Assembly: GCF_000143415.4 (NCBI RefSeq)
Contig: NW_003314331.1
Span: 498,164 to 562,163 of the forward strand
From: Selaginella moellendorffii
Taxonomy: Eukaryota; Plantae; Lycopodiophyta
DNA length: 64,000 nucleotides
Direction: 5' to 3'
This document shows, in pieces, positions 1 through 11,109 of this stretch; position 1 is the stretch's first letter; each line of letters begins with the position of its first letter. Under the pieces are notes generated by a model. That model had not been told where the DNA came from, made no database searches, and saw only the letters and a program-made list of their open reading frames with translations. Both the position numbers and the translations under genes were made by a program.

Positions 1-328
1 TATTCTAAAGTTACAGATAAATTTGTTATAAAATATTAATAATAATGACGTAAGTAAGATTTCTTCAACTAACGCTGCAAAGATTTAGTGGCCCACTTCA
101 AAGGATACAGGAAGTAATATATAAAACGTGGGCAGAGCACCATCAAACACAGAGTGACGGATCCCATCGCAACTGCTGTGTTTCATGGAACCTTCTCCAA
201 GCCTTTCCATCCTTTAAATACTTTCACAACCATCTCACAACTCAATCAAAGGAAGAGGTCACTCTTCTAATTCATAGCATTGCTCTCTCGTTTGTTTCCT
301 CAAGTTCCAGGGATCACTCAAGAACACA

Positions 329-979
329 ATGATGATCACACTCCTCCAATTTCTCGTCATCGCGGCACCAATCTTCCAGGTGATCACAGCCTCCGACGCC
401 GATCCCCTCCAGGACTTTTGTGTGGCCGACCTCGCAAAGGACCTCACCCTCAATGGCTACCCTTGCAAGCGAGCAGCCAACACCACCACCGAGGATTTCA
501 TCTTCTCGGGCCTTCGAAACTCCGGAAACACCAGCGTCCCATCGAGAGCCGTGGCGACATTTGGCTTCGTCAACGATTATCCGGGGCTCAACACTCTCGG
601 CCTCGCCATAGCCAGGCTCGACTTTGCTCCCGGCGGTCTCATCCCTCCACACACGCACCCGCGAGGCTCAGAGATCATCTACGTCGTGGAAGGGAGCTTG
701 TACGCCGGATTCGTCACCACCCAGAACCAGCTCTTTGCTCGGGTCATCTCCAAAGGCGACGTGATGATCTTCCCGCGGGGTTTGATCCACTGGCAGCTCA
801 ACGTTGGTAACACCACCGCCATGGCCATCGTGACGCTGGATTCGCAGTCACCGGGCTTCCAGTCCGTTGCAAGCTCCATGTTTGGATCGGACATCCTGGA
901 CGAGGTGCTCGTCAAGACCTTCTTTATTGATGAGAATGCGGTCCGGCAGCTCAAGGCGACGTTCTCTGGCTCCTCCTAA
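329..979 (+). CDS. Germin-like protein (cupin), single exon, signal peptide
   Basis: 216 aa. Hydrophobic N-terminus, DPLQDFCVAD box A, PGLNTLG, and G..PPHTHPRGSE (box B) and GDVMIFPRGLIHWQ (box C) germin motifs. Confidence 0.95.
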   Translation: MMITLLQFLVIAAPIFQVITASDADPLQDFCVADLAKDLTLNGYPCKRAANTTTEDFIFSGLRNSGNTSVPSRAVATFGFVNDYPGLNTLGLAIARLDFAPGGLIPPHTHPRGSEIIYVVEGSLYAGFVTTQNQLFARVISKGDVMIFPRGLIHWQLNVGNTTAMAIVTLDSQSPGFQSVASSMFGSDILDEVLVKTFFIDENAVRQLKATFSGSS

Positions 980-1721
980 ATAGTTCATGGTTTCATATAG
1001 AAACTTAGCAAAATAATAACAAGGATCTCAACATAGCCCGAGTGGCACATTTGGAAAGGTGACGTGATGAAGTTGGAATTTGCACCTTCACCACTGCTTC
1101 AGCCACCTTTTCCCTCGTGCAAAACAATTAGGATAAAGTCTTGCTTGCCCGGTCAACTCATAGTCAAAATTGATTTCCGAATGATGCTTTGAATTCGGTT
1201 AATGAAGCAAGATGGCGCAGGTAAACAAAACCATAATCTTTACAAAGCATGTTAACCAGGTGCCATTGTCGAGGACGTGTTCAAGTTTGCCTCTGGGTGG
1301 ATGATGTTTGCCTCAGGGGTGTCAATCTCTCAAGCTCCTTATCATCTGCCAGGAAGCACAAGAACAACTTACTGGGACCAATGCCAAAAACAAAGGTGTC
1401 CACAAAGCTGTGTTTGTGAGGCGTGAAAATGTGGAAACTTTTATCCTTTGTAGCCACAGGCGCTGGAAACAAACGCGAAAAAAGCCGTGCTCTCAAACTC
1501 CAAGCCAAAAGAGAGGTTGTATTTCATCAAAAGTCTATCTCGACAAAAGCACACAGCCATGCAATTTCAAGCGCAAACAAACTATCAGTAAGTCGAAAAG
1601 AAAGAATGCAAGCAAGCAAGCAGGCTATTAAACATGCCTATACAAAAATAAATAATGCAGGAAAAATGCTGGGTAGAGAGGTTGAGGGACTCGCTGTGGA
1701 ATCGACTTTGCAGCCCGCAGC

Positions 1722-3221
1722 TCACTTGGCTTTCGTTGCCCTGTCACAACCTCAAGAATTAAGACTGTTCTTGTTCTGAATTGATTGCAGTTTGAGAGCT
1801 TACTGGTTGGTGTTCTTTGGAGAAACAGGACTTCGGCTGGGACTGCTGCTAGTAGCTCTACAATCAAAGAGAAAGTTAGTGGAAAGCGCCAACAGCGAAA
1901 GGATACCTCTTTGGACTTCTGCTTCTCGTAGATTTCCTTGCTCCCCCCCGGACAGGTGATCTCTGCTTTTGCAGCAGTGAGAAAACAAAACAGGATTGAG
2001 AAGTATTACAGCTACTTACTCTTCTCACTGGACTAGGAGATCCGGATGAGTAGGAGCTTGACCTGCCCCGCCTGTTTGGTGGTGATCTTGCTCTGGAAAG
2101 ACAGTATTCTGTTAGCCAGCAAGAATTTGAAGCAAGGAAAACAAACCTTCTAGGAGCCGAACGCGATCTGGAACGCGATCGCATCATCCGCCTTGGAGGC
2201 GAGCGCATACGCCTCGGTGGAGGGGTCCTTGAACGACGTCGAACTGGGGAAGACCTCCGTGGTGGTGTACGTCCTCGCCTGACTGGAAGTGGTGACCTGG
2301 TTGCGAATAGCACAGCGGTAAAACCTCAGAACACATAAAGCTTTTCTATTGCATACCTGCGCCTGTAAGGAGCTGGCGATCGCTGACGACCCATAGGCCT
2401 TCGTATTGGGCTCCTGCAAATTCATATAGCGCATTAGAATCACGATGAGGACGGCCGAGAGAAAATTTACCTGTTTGGAGACCTCCGTCGCCTTCGGAAT
2501 CCTGGTGAAGGTGACCGTCGCCTTACCGGCGACGAAGCTGGTGGCCTTCGTCGCGGTGGCACAGCGTCTCGTTTTGGAGACACCCCTCGTGCCGGGGATA
2601 CCTTTCTCGTGAGCTTTACACTGATAACGAGTCCATCGACTTGAGCCTACAAACAAGGAAAAAAAAAGTGTAAGTCCCACACACAGGAAAAAAAAAAAGA
2701 AAAAGAAAAAGAATGCCAACCCCATCCATGAACTGTTGAGCTTTTTCAGCATCCGATTTGCTCTTGTAATCCACGTATGCAAATCCCTTTGGAAGATTCA
2801 CCTGGAAAGAGGGGAAATTTAGAAGAAAATAAAGAGAAGCCTACGCGAGAATGCTGTCAGGAAGAAGTGTTCTTTATCCTTACCGTCTTGTCCATCGCAA
2901 GATCCACAGCAATAATATCCCCATAGTTCCCTACACAAAGCAAAAAGATCAAGTTTTGAGCGCTAGAACCCGTGGGAGCCTACCGAAAATCTCCTTGAGA
3001 TGGGACTCGTTCACATTCCTCGAGAGCTGGCTCACGTGCAAGCGGCTGGAATCCTCGGCCGGCTTGGCCAAGCGCTTTCTAGGGCTCCGGCTCCGCCCGG
3101 AACTGGCGCTCGTCCCGGACGACGACGCAGACCTGGATCGCGAGCGGGAGGAGCCCGAGTAGGAGCTAGATCCCGAGCGCGCCGGCGAGGACGATTTCGG
3201 CTTGACAACCTTGGTCGCCAT
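1722..3221 (-). CDS. SR45: Serine/arginine-rich splicing factor SR45 (RNPS1-like): RS-RRM-RS, multi-exon
   Basis: MATKVVKP..SRSRSRS N-terminal RS region. RRM assembled from exons 3221-2984 (LHVSQLSRNVNESHLKEIFG), 2930-2884 (NYGDIIAVDLAMDKT) and 2801-2721 (VNLPKGFAYVDY..AEKAQQFMDG), then RSP-rich exons. The stop is at 1800 or, after one more GT-AG intron, at 1722. Confidence 0.9.
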
Positions 3222-3250
3222 TCCCTCCGTCCCGTGCGCCAAAACCTCGA

Positions 3251-3267
3251 AAACCCTAAACCTAAAA
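3251..3267. promoter_or_regulatory. Telo-box (AAACCCTA) just upstream of the SR45 start codon
   Basis: aaaccctaaacctaaa about 30 bp from the ATG. Telo-boxes also occur at 8871/8934 (LITAF), 12586-12602, 16325 and 24701 (TFB2). Confidence 0.6.
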
Positions 3268-3975
3268 CCAAGAAACGAAATTTAGGGCAGACTTGTCGAG
3301 AGTGGGGGTAAATGGATTCGAACCGCGGACGTGATTAAATACCGCTGTTGGGATTCGAAGCCCCGACGTTTACACGCGCAACACGACACCACACTTTTCG
3401 CCTTTGTCGAACGCTTTTGTTATGGATGGGCGCCAACAAACGCGAGCCCATCTCTATCGAACAAAACAAGCCTAGAGAAGAAACAAAAAGATATGGAGAG
3501 AGGGAAGAAAATTTAAGGCAAAGAAGAAGTTGTAACAATCGATCGAGCAAAGCATTACTTTTTTATCGATCGAATCGCAACTGGGCAGCCCAGATTCCCC
3601 CCAATGCTCTGTGTAATCAATAAAACTAGAGCGCATCCAAGAGACAAATTGACAAGAGAGGTGGTGGTATTGTTCTTTGATCACGATCGCTTGGAAGAAC
3701 ACAAAAAAAACATAGAATTTTTTTTTTTTCTTGGAGTGGCCCTACAGAACAAAATCGACACGCACTCGAGAACAAACACGCTTTTGGAGGTGTGTGTCAA
3801 GTTTGTGCTGTGGGAAAAAGAGAACTCCTCTCCCTCTCACAATCTGGAAGAAAGTGAAAGAACTTTAGCTACGAACAAGAACAACCAAGAGAAAGAGAAA
3901 GAAAAGTCTTGCCCGGCTCGTCTCACAAAGCTTGTGCTGCCGATCCATGGATGGAAGAATCGAAGAGCTGGAGCA

Positions 3976-4563
3976 TCAATTCACGCCGGAGAGCTCTAGC
4001 GCAGCAGCGGCATTTGGAACCAAGTAGCGCTGATCAGCCTTGCGGGAGGATTTGCAGAGGAGCTTGAGCGGCGAGCCGTGGCAATTGCTGTATCGTCGAC
4101 CCAATCTCTCGTAGCAATCGATGGAGAAGAGCGAGAGCGAGAGATGGACTTCGTCTTTGCTCCACTTCTCTTGCTGCTGGACGCTCGCCTTGGCTGGAAC
4201 CGAGGAGGAGCGTGACAAGAGGGGCCGGAGGCAAAGAACGTAGAGGCGGCGGAATCCCCCCAGCGCAAGAACCACAGACCTGAGCTGCGACGCTTGCGAC
4301 GAGGCGCCGCTGGCGCTGGACCAGTTGATCGTGCACACGTTCTCCCACAGCGTCTCGTCCTCGGCGGCGCGCCTCCACCGGCGATTGACGCACGCCGCCA
4401 TGGCCAGGGCTTTGGCGTCGAGGTGCTTGAGGATCTCGTAGAACATGTCGTCGTCGCGCTCCACCTGTGAGATCACCGTCGGCGGCTGCGACATTGCAAT
4501 CCGCCACTCCAATTCCCCCGAAATCTCGCAAATCCGCGGTTTCTTGCCTGGATTCGCGAGCAT
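3976..4563 (-). CDS. GID2: Gibberellin-signalling F-box protein GID2/SLY1, single exon (alternative start 4494)
   Basis: F-box (YEILKHLDAKALAMAACVNRRW), GGF domain (QLRSVVLALGGFRRLY) and LSL domain (WSKDEVHLSLSLFSI..YE) typical of SLY1/GID2. Confidence 0.9.
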   Translation of the reverse strand: MLANPGKKPRICEISGELEWRIAMSQPPTVISQVERDDDMFYEILKHLDAKALAMAACVNRRWRRAAEDETLWENVCTINWSSASGASSQASQLRSVVLALGGFRRLYVLCLRPLLSRSSSVPAKASVQQQEKWSKDEVHLSLSLFSIDCYERLGRRYSNCHGSPLKLLCKSSRKADQRYLVPNAAAALELSGVN

Positions 4564-4722
4564 CCCGGGCCGATCGAATCGATGGAAGCCGCAAGATCGA
4601 TCAAATGCAGCTACCGGCGCACGAATCAGCGATCCATCCCCTGTTCTTGCAACGAGAAGTTACCAGAATCCGGGGCGAGAGGAGGGATCCGAGGCCTGGA
4701 ATCGGCGAAAATCTCCGAGGCG

Positions 4723-4749
4723 GAGAGAGAGAGAAAGAGAGAGAGAGAG
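4723..4749. repeat. (GA)n microsatellite upstream of GID2
   Basis: agagagagagaaagagagagagagagg. Confidence 0.8.
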
Positions 4750-6192
4750 GAAGAAATTTTGCTCTTGGCGGAACAAGAGCCCTAAATCTCGGCCGTTAAA
4801 TGGCGCAAGAAGCATCCAGCGGTTACAATGCAAACGCGTCACTCCATCAAGAAATGTCAACGACTGTAGCTTACAATTAATCAGCCCATTAGCCACAAAC
4901 TTACAAGAAGCCCACGCGTATGTATTGGCGGTCGTGTATGTATAATAATACTCTTCGCCGAGGGAATCAAACACGCCGATGCCCCCCTTGGTTCTCTTCG
5001 TCGAGGGTATATGCCTGATTCTAGAAACCACCTGGCCGGTACTTGATTCCCCACGTAGAAGCCCTTGTCCCGCAATAAGTTAGAGCTTCCAAGCTGTCAC
5101 CACTAGTACCGCATTTTGTGGCAGGACCACGCCAGCTGGGTGTCCACGTCGGCAGCCGGTTGTACTGCCGAGTACCACTGACTAGAAACTAAAACCGTTT
5201 TGTCTGCCACGCAAAAAACACAGCTGACAAAAACACTAACAAATAATAATTTTTCCAATTTTCAAATAATATTTTGTGAGATAAGTTGGAACTGCAAGAC
5301 GTGTGGAAGAGAGATAGAATTTCGAGAGTGACTGCTTGGAGTGTAGCGGTTGTTCATCCCCACAAAAGAGAAAAAAAGCGAGTAGAAAAAGAGGATAAAA
5401 ACGATGGTTTCATGGACTGTTGCTAGATTGAGTGAATGAGAGAAAGGACAATGGTTGCTCGTCAGGAAAGAGTGGCGTTTTGTCGGCGTCTACTATAGAA
5501 GGGACGAATCGACCTCCTATAAGTAGAATTAATTGATAAAACCCACGATTAGATTAACTAAAATTTTTATTATAACAGATTAACTTGTATTAATTGAAGT
5601 TTGTTTAGTCCACTCCAAAGCTTACACCAAGCTTTTTCTCGAGACACTAAAGCTTTGGAACGACTTGGATGACCTCTTCTTTTGTTTTTCTTCTCAACCT
5701 CCACTTATGTCGGTGTGGACGATTAGTTCCTCTGGTCTACATCATATCTTTCTCGAGTCGTCTCACTAGCAAAGTCTTGATTTGCCCGAGTCAAACCCAG
5801 ATTTGGCCACCTTTTCGGTCTTATAGTATTTTGGTTGGCATTGCTTTTGTGTCCTGGAATGTTGAAATTGTATGACAGTGAAGGTTTTATAGAAGTTTTC
5901 TGAGGTGTGATGACAGTATTTTTTGTCTTATTGATATTAATAACAACAATATTTGAGAAAAAAAAAAAACAAAAGAAGTGGCAGCTGCGATGCACACTCA
6001 TCAGAAATTATGGTGCACGCGAAACATACCACTCTTGTCCTCACACAAAATCTGACACAAGAAAACGAGACGAGCTTGACAAACACTCCACGACTAGCTG
6101 TTATCTGGAAACTTGGAAGCATTTGTATATATATAATTAACAACACCTTATGAGATTCTAATTATTTTGTTCTTTCTTTTTCTATAATTTTC

Positions 6193-8388
6193 TTAAGCCA
6201 AGTCTGCGAGCGCATAGCTTCGTTCCACGGCCTTGCACCACGAAGTATAACGCTTTTCGCGCTCCGGCTCCGCGATGCTTGGCGTGAAGGTCTGGCCGAC
6301 TTCTTCATCGGCCGTGAAGATCTGCTCTTCCTTCCACAATCCGACTGCCAAACCAGCCGCATAAGCAGCGCCTAAAGCCGTTGTTTCAATGTCTTTGGGC
6401 CTCACTACGTCAGTTCCTAGAAGATCAGCCTGGAAAAACCATGCACAAACTTTAGCTTGAAAGTTTCAAAGAGTGAAAGGAAAATCAGCAAAGTCACGCA
6501 AACTAATGAAGAGAACACTCCAACTTTCCAGGAATGAAACGAAGAAAACAAGAGAACATCAACTTCCAAGCACCACTAGAGAAAGAGCTTGTTACCTGGA
6601 TTTGCATCAGTAGATTGTTGACAGTAGCTCCTCCATCGACGCGCAGTACAAACTTCTCCTTGTGCTCCACCTTTGCGTCCTTGAGCATCGAGTCGAGCAC
6701 TTCCTTCGCCTGGAAACACATACTCTCCAGAACGCTCCGTGCGAGATGTCCCTTGTGAGTGAACCGCGTGATCCCCACGCAAACTCCCCTCGCATCGTCC
6801 CTCCATCTCGGAGCATACAAGCCGCTGAACGCCGGAACGAAGTATACTCCCCCGGTGTTCTCCACGGTGCTAGCCAGCGCTTCTATCTCCGACGCACTCT
6901 TGATGATCCCAAGGTTGTCTCTGAGCCACTGCACTGCTGCTCCGGCGATGGCGATCGATCCTTCCAACGCGTAACAAGTTGGCGCCTTTGGCCCGAGCTT
7001 ATAAGCCACGGTCGTGAGAAGCCCGTGCGTGGAAGGCACTACTTCTTCGCCAGTGTTGAGCAGGATGAAGCAGCCAGTTCCGTAAGTGCTCTTGGCCTCT
7101 CCCTTCTTGCAGTGCTGGCCGAGCATTGCCGCGTGCTGATCGCCCAAGCAACCTGCGAGTGGAACTCCGGCCAGGGGCCACCCCTCGCAAACTTTTCCAA
7201 TAACTTCCGAGTTGCTGATGATCCGGGGAAGCATGTTGTAGACGTGAGGCAGCAAGTCGATCGAGATCCCCAAGCTCTCGAGGATGCCTTTGTCCCAGCT
7301 CAAAGTCTTGAGATTCATGAGCATTGTTCTCGCGGCGTTGGAGCAATCGGTGACGTGCAAGCCTCCGGAGATACCCCCGGTCATGTTCCAGATGAGCCAA
7401 CTATCGACCGTGCCGAACAAAGCGTCCCCGGCGAGCACGGCCGACTTAACCTCTGGGACCGTCTCTAGCAGCCACAGTAGCTTCAAAGCACTGAAGTAAG
7501 TGCTTATGGGAAGTCCACAGCTTTCCACAAAGTGTTTGCTTCCACCGGAGAGATTCTCTTCCAAGCGTCTGCCAAGAAAGAAGATAAGAAATCACTAAAA
7601 CACGACAAAACAAACAAACGAGAAAGAAAAAAGAAATACTTTAGGCTTTCCAGATCGAGCTATGGAGGTATTGAGGAAGAACGAGAAAAGAAAACGTTTC
7701 AGCCTTCATAGATCCAACAAACGAGAAAGAAGGTAAGAACTTGCTAAAAAACGAGAAAACAAACAAACGAGAAAGAAGATAAGAACTTACTAAAAAACGA
7801 GAAAACAAACAAACGAGAAAGAAAAAAAACATACTTGAGGCTTTCCAGATCGAGCTATGGAGGGAAGAACGAGAAAAGAAAACGTTTCAGCCTTCATAGA
7901 TCTAACAAACGAGAAAGAAGAAAGAAAAAAATGCTTGAAGCTTAGCTATTAGGCATCGAGGAAGGACTTACTTGCAAATGGAGCTCGTTCTTCCATCCAT
8001 CCAGACAATGGCATTGTACAGTGGCTTGCCAGTGCTCTTGCTCCAAATGATGCTCGTCTCCCGTTGGTTCGTGATCCCGATAGCTTTCACGGCGAAGCTA
8101 AGACCCTTGCTCGCGGCCTTGTTGAGAGTTTCCTCCATGCATACCTTGACAGACTTGAGGATTTCCAAGGGATCATGCTCCACCCAACTGAAAGAAAAAT
8201 GAGAGGGATCGAGCGATCCAGCTCCTGATACTGCGAGATTTCACGAGCACTCACCCGGCCTGGGGATAGATTTGCTCGAATTCCAGCTGATGCGAGGCGA
8301 CCGGCTTGGCATCCTGGTCGTAGAGGATGAATCGCGTGCTCGTCGTCCCCTGATCGATCGCGGCAACGAATGCGGCGGCATCGCCCAT
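6193..8388 (-). CDS. GLPK: Glycerol kinase (FGGY family; NHO1/GLI1 orthologue), 4 exons: 8388-8255, 8187-7972, 7568-6596, 6429-6193
   Basis: [60 protein letters not shown] and [12 protein letters not shown] motifs. GT-AG junctions join in frame. Confidence 0.95.
7575..7930. repeat. Imperfect tandem duplication (~190 bp) inside glycerol kinase intron 2
   Basis: The blocks ggctttccagatcgagctatgg and gaacgagaaaagaaaacgtttcagccttcatagat each occur twice (about 7644/7839 and 7678/7866). Confidence 0.8.
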
Positions 8389-8946
8389 TTTTCCAAGCAA
8401 TCTTCCAAGCAAGAAAGACCGGGATCGACCTGGGGGTCAAAATAGACAGGGGCCCAAAGATAGGGCACACAAGTCTGAATAGAGCGTTTTATTTAATTAT
8501 TAAAACCTTGCAATAATATACTCTCACCACCTTTTGCCTTTTTAAAGTGTTGAGGTTCTGATAAGCTACATAACTAAAGTGAGGTTTTGACAAAATACAC
8601 TAGGTATTCAAATATATAATGCCACCCACACTTGAATTAGGAGTATTAACTATTTGATCATCTAAGGAGCTAAAGCTAATTTTTAAACACTTTATTACAT
8701 TACTCTGCTTCTTTATCCATATTTATTTTAGTTTTGAATTCTTCAATAGTTATATCATTATTTAACACATGGGCTTTCCTTCATCACATTAGCCTTTCTT
8801 AACCAAAATACATAAGCTTTCCTAGCCAAACTGGCTTTACCCTTTACTATACTTTTTAAAACTTCTGAAATTTAGGGTTCCTCGAGAAAAGGACAAAACC
8901 TTGTGAAGCCCTAAAAGACAGAGCACATTGCGGTTAGGGTTAGGGC

Positions 8947-9611
8947 ATGGCAGCAGATCGCGAGGCGGAGATGAAGGGATCGCAAGGCGCCGCTCCCGCG
9001 CCGCCCAGCGCCGCCGCCGCAGAGCCTGTGATCGGGGTTCCCTACGCGTATCCGCCCTCCGCGGGCGCGATCCCGGCGAATGGAGTGATCTATCCGCCTC
9101 TGGTGGCTCCGCAGCAAATGCCGCCGCCTCACTACCAGGAGCAGCAGCATTTCCTGGGATCGGTGCCCCCGAATGCGATCGTCGGGCACCCGAATGGGAT
9201 CCCGCTGCTGGAGACGGTGTTCGGCGACACTCCGGCTCCATTTGTGTGCAGTCACTGTGGAACCGCGGGTGTGACGAGGATCAAGTGAGTTTTGGGAGAT
9301 CTTAGTTTGGTGTTTGGCTCATTTGCTTGTTTGCTTTGCTTCCAACTTTCAGGTCCAAGATCAGCTTGGCTACGTTTGTGGCGTGCTTGATCTCGTGTGG
9401 AGTTTGCTTCCTGTGTCCTTCGTGCGATTGTCTCTGGCACAAGGAGCATTTTTGTCCAAGCTGCAGTACCAAGGTTTGGTGTCAAAGCGCGTTCTTGCTC
9501 TGACTTTTTCTCCTTCCCTTATGCCAGGTTGCTGAATTCACCAAGTCGGATCCCTGTGCCGTGATTGACCCAATGCAATGGTTGCAACCAAGCTACGCGA
9601 TTCCAGCATAG
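8947..9611 (+). CDS. LITAF-domain protein (GILP-like), exons 8947-9284, 9353-9473, 9528-9611
   Basis: Pro-rich N-terminus, ET.FGDTPAPFVCSHCG, hydrophobic SLATFVACL, CDCLWHKEHFCPSC (CxxC..HxCxxC), C-terminal KSDPCAV.DP..W.QPSYAIPA. Confidence 0.88.
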
Positions 9612-11109
9612 ACTCTGCTCCTCTGCTTTTTGGTGTGTATACTTGTATAGCTCTTAACTTGGATTCTGAAAGCTTCAGACTCTAGAACAAAGCTCTGGAC
9701 GCAGTCGGATTCTGCGACATGCTTTGATTAGTGATCCTCTGGTTGGGCAGACAATCTCAAGTTGAAGTGCATGCCAAATCCTCCAAGTCAAAGACTGGAC
9801 CAGTGCCCATCTAGAAATCACTCAAATCGTATGTCCTTGTGAAGCTAATTCCCCGAACTTGTAGATTTCTTCCTCCTCAACTGCACATTCTTATAACTCC
9901 CTCCTCCAACTAGCATTTCCTTTAACATTTGTTTTGGTCGACCAAACAAAAGTGAAAGAGAATAGTGCAGCCAAACCAGATTACACTAGATAATCCAGAG
10001 AAATCCAGATTTTCTTTCTAGATAATGCAGATTATCCACTGGATTTTGTTTACTTTGCTTAGGCTTTGCTTAAACTCCCAACAACTGTTAGTTTGAGCTG
10101 GGGGTTTTTGTTTTGGCAAGTCAAAAAGAGTTTTTCTAAAATTGGAGTTGCGTTTCTTAAATACCAAATTCTTTTTTAAAATATTTATTTGTTCATAAGC
10201 TTCTGTCTTGCGATCGGCACAAATATTTAGGTTTCCATGACCGATCCTGGTGGACGTTAAGTACAATATCGAACGAACGGCATAAAACCTCCACGCCCAG
10301 GTATCCTGTCATCCTCAGCGGCTGCAAGGCATACTGCGACTGAAACGCCGCCTTGAGGAGCAAAATAGTCAGCCGACAATCCGCTTGAAAGCCAGGTAGC
10401 GAAAGATAAAGTTGGAGCGGGCAGTACGTCTGAAGACCGTCCCGTTAATCCTAAGTCGTAACAGCTTCAGGAAGCCATCGAGCAAGAGCCAGTCTGGATT
10501 TCTAAATTATATCACTGTCCATGCAAATGATACAAGCAAATGTGGTAGAGTATGAGATGGAAAGTGCTGTCCTTTGTTAGCATTGGCATGGAATTTGCTT
10601 TCCCAGGATCTTGGGCCACACAAGTTTGGGAGCCGGTACGTCGGCAATGCACATTTTATTTATAATTTAGTTTTGTTGGTTTGTGTTTAACTTCCTCGCT
10701 ACAAGTTTTTCTAGTGCGTCCCAAAGAACACAAAAGCACGAGTCTTCCGGAGGCACGAGTGATTCGTTTCAAAGCAGTATACTTCAATTACTTTATTAAA
10801 AACACATCGCCTTTTCAATGCTTCGCTTCGGTTTTCAATCAATGCTTCCTCTGCAGCTGCATAACGGTTATACCCTGGAGGCATTTCTTCATCGGATTTG
10901 TATAACTCGAAGCCTATGCCTGCGTTGATGTGTCACCTCCTTCGGCTTTTCCTTTGTGGATGCATTGTGCTGCCCGTTGCTGCTGCCACCGTAAGCCTTC
11001 TTGTGCTGCCCATTGCTGCTGCTGTTGTAAGGCTTCATCCTCGAAAAGGAAACAGGTAGCCCTGTTTATCGACCTCGAACCCTAAGCTTTTTCCCAAGCA
11101 TATTCGTAC

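Noticed and set aside
6662-7468. 268-aa plus-strand ORF and other antisense ORFs over GK, GLP, GID2 and LITAF
   Set aside because: Shadow frames of GC-rich coding exons.
10200-10300. Direct repeat of the tRNA-Lys 3' end (att-like site) at the left edge of the island
   Set aside because: Only a weak chance similarity; no convincing duplication.
10960-11040. 36-bp two-copy tandem (gctgctg-rich)
   Set aside because: Short local duplication with no assignable gene or function.
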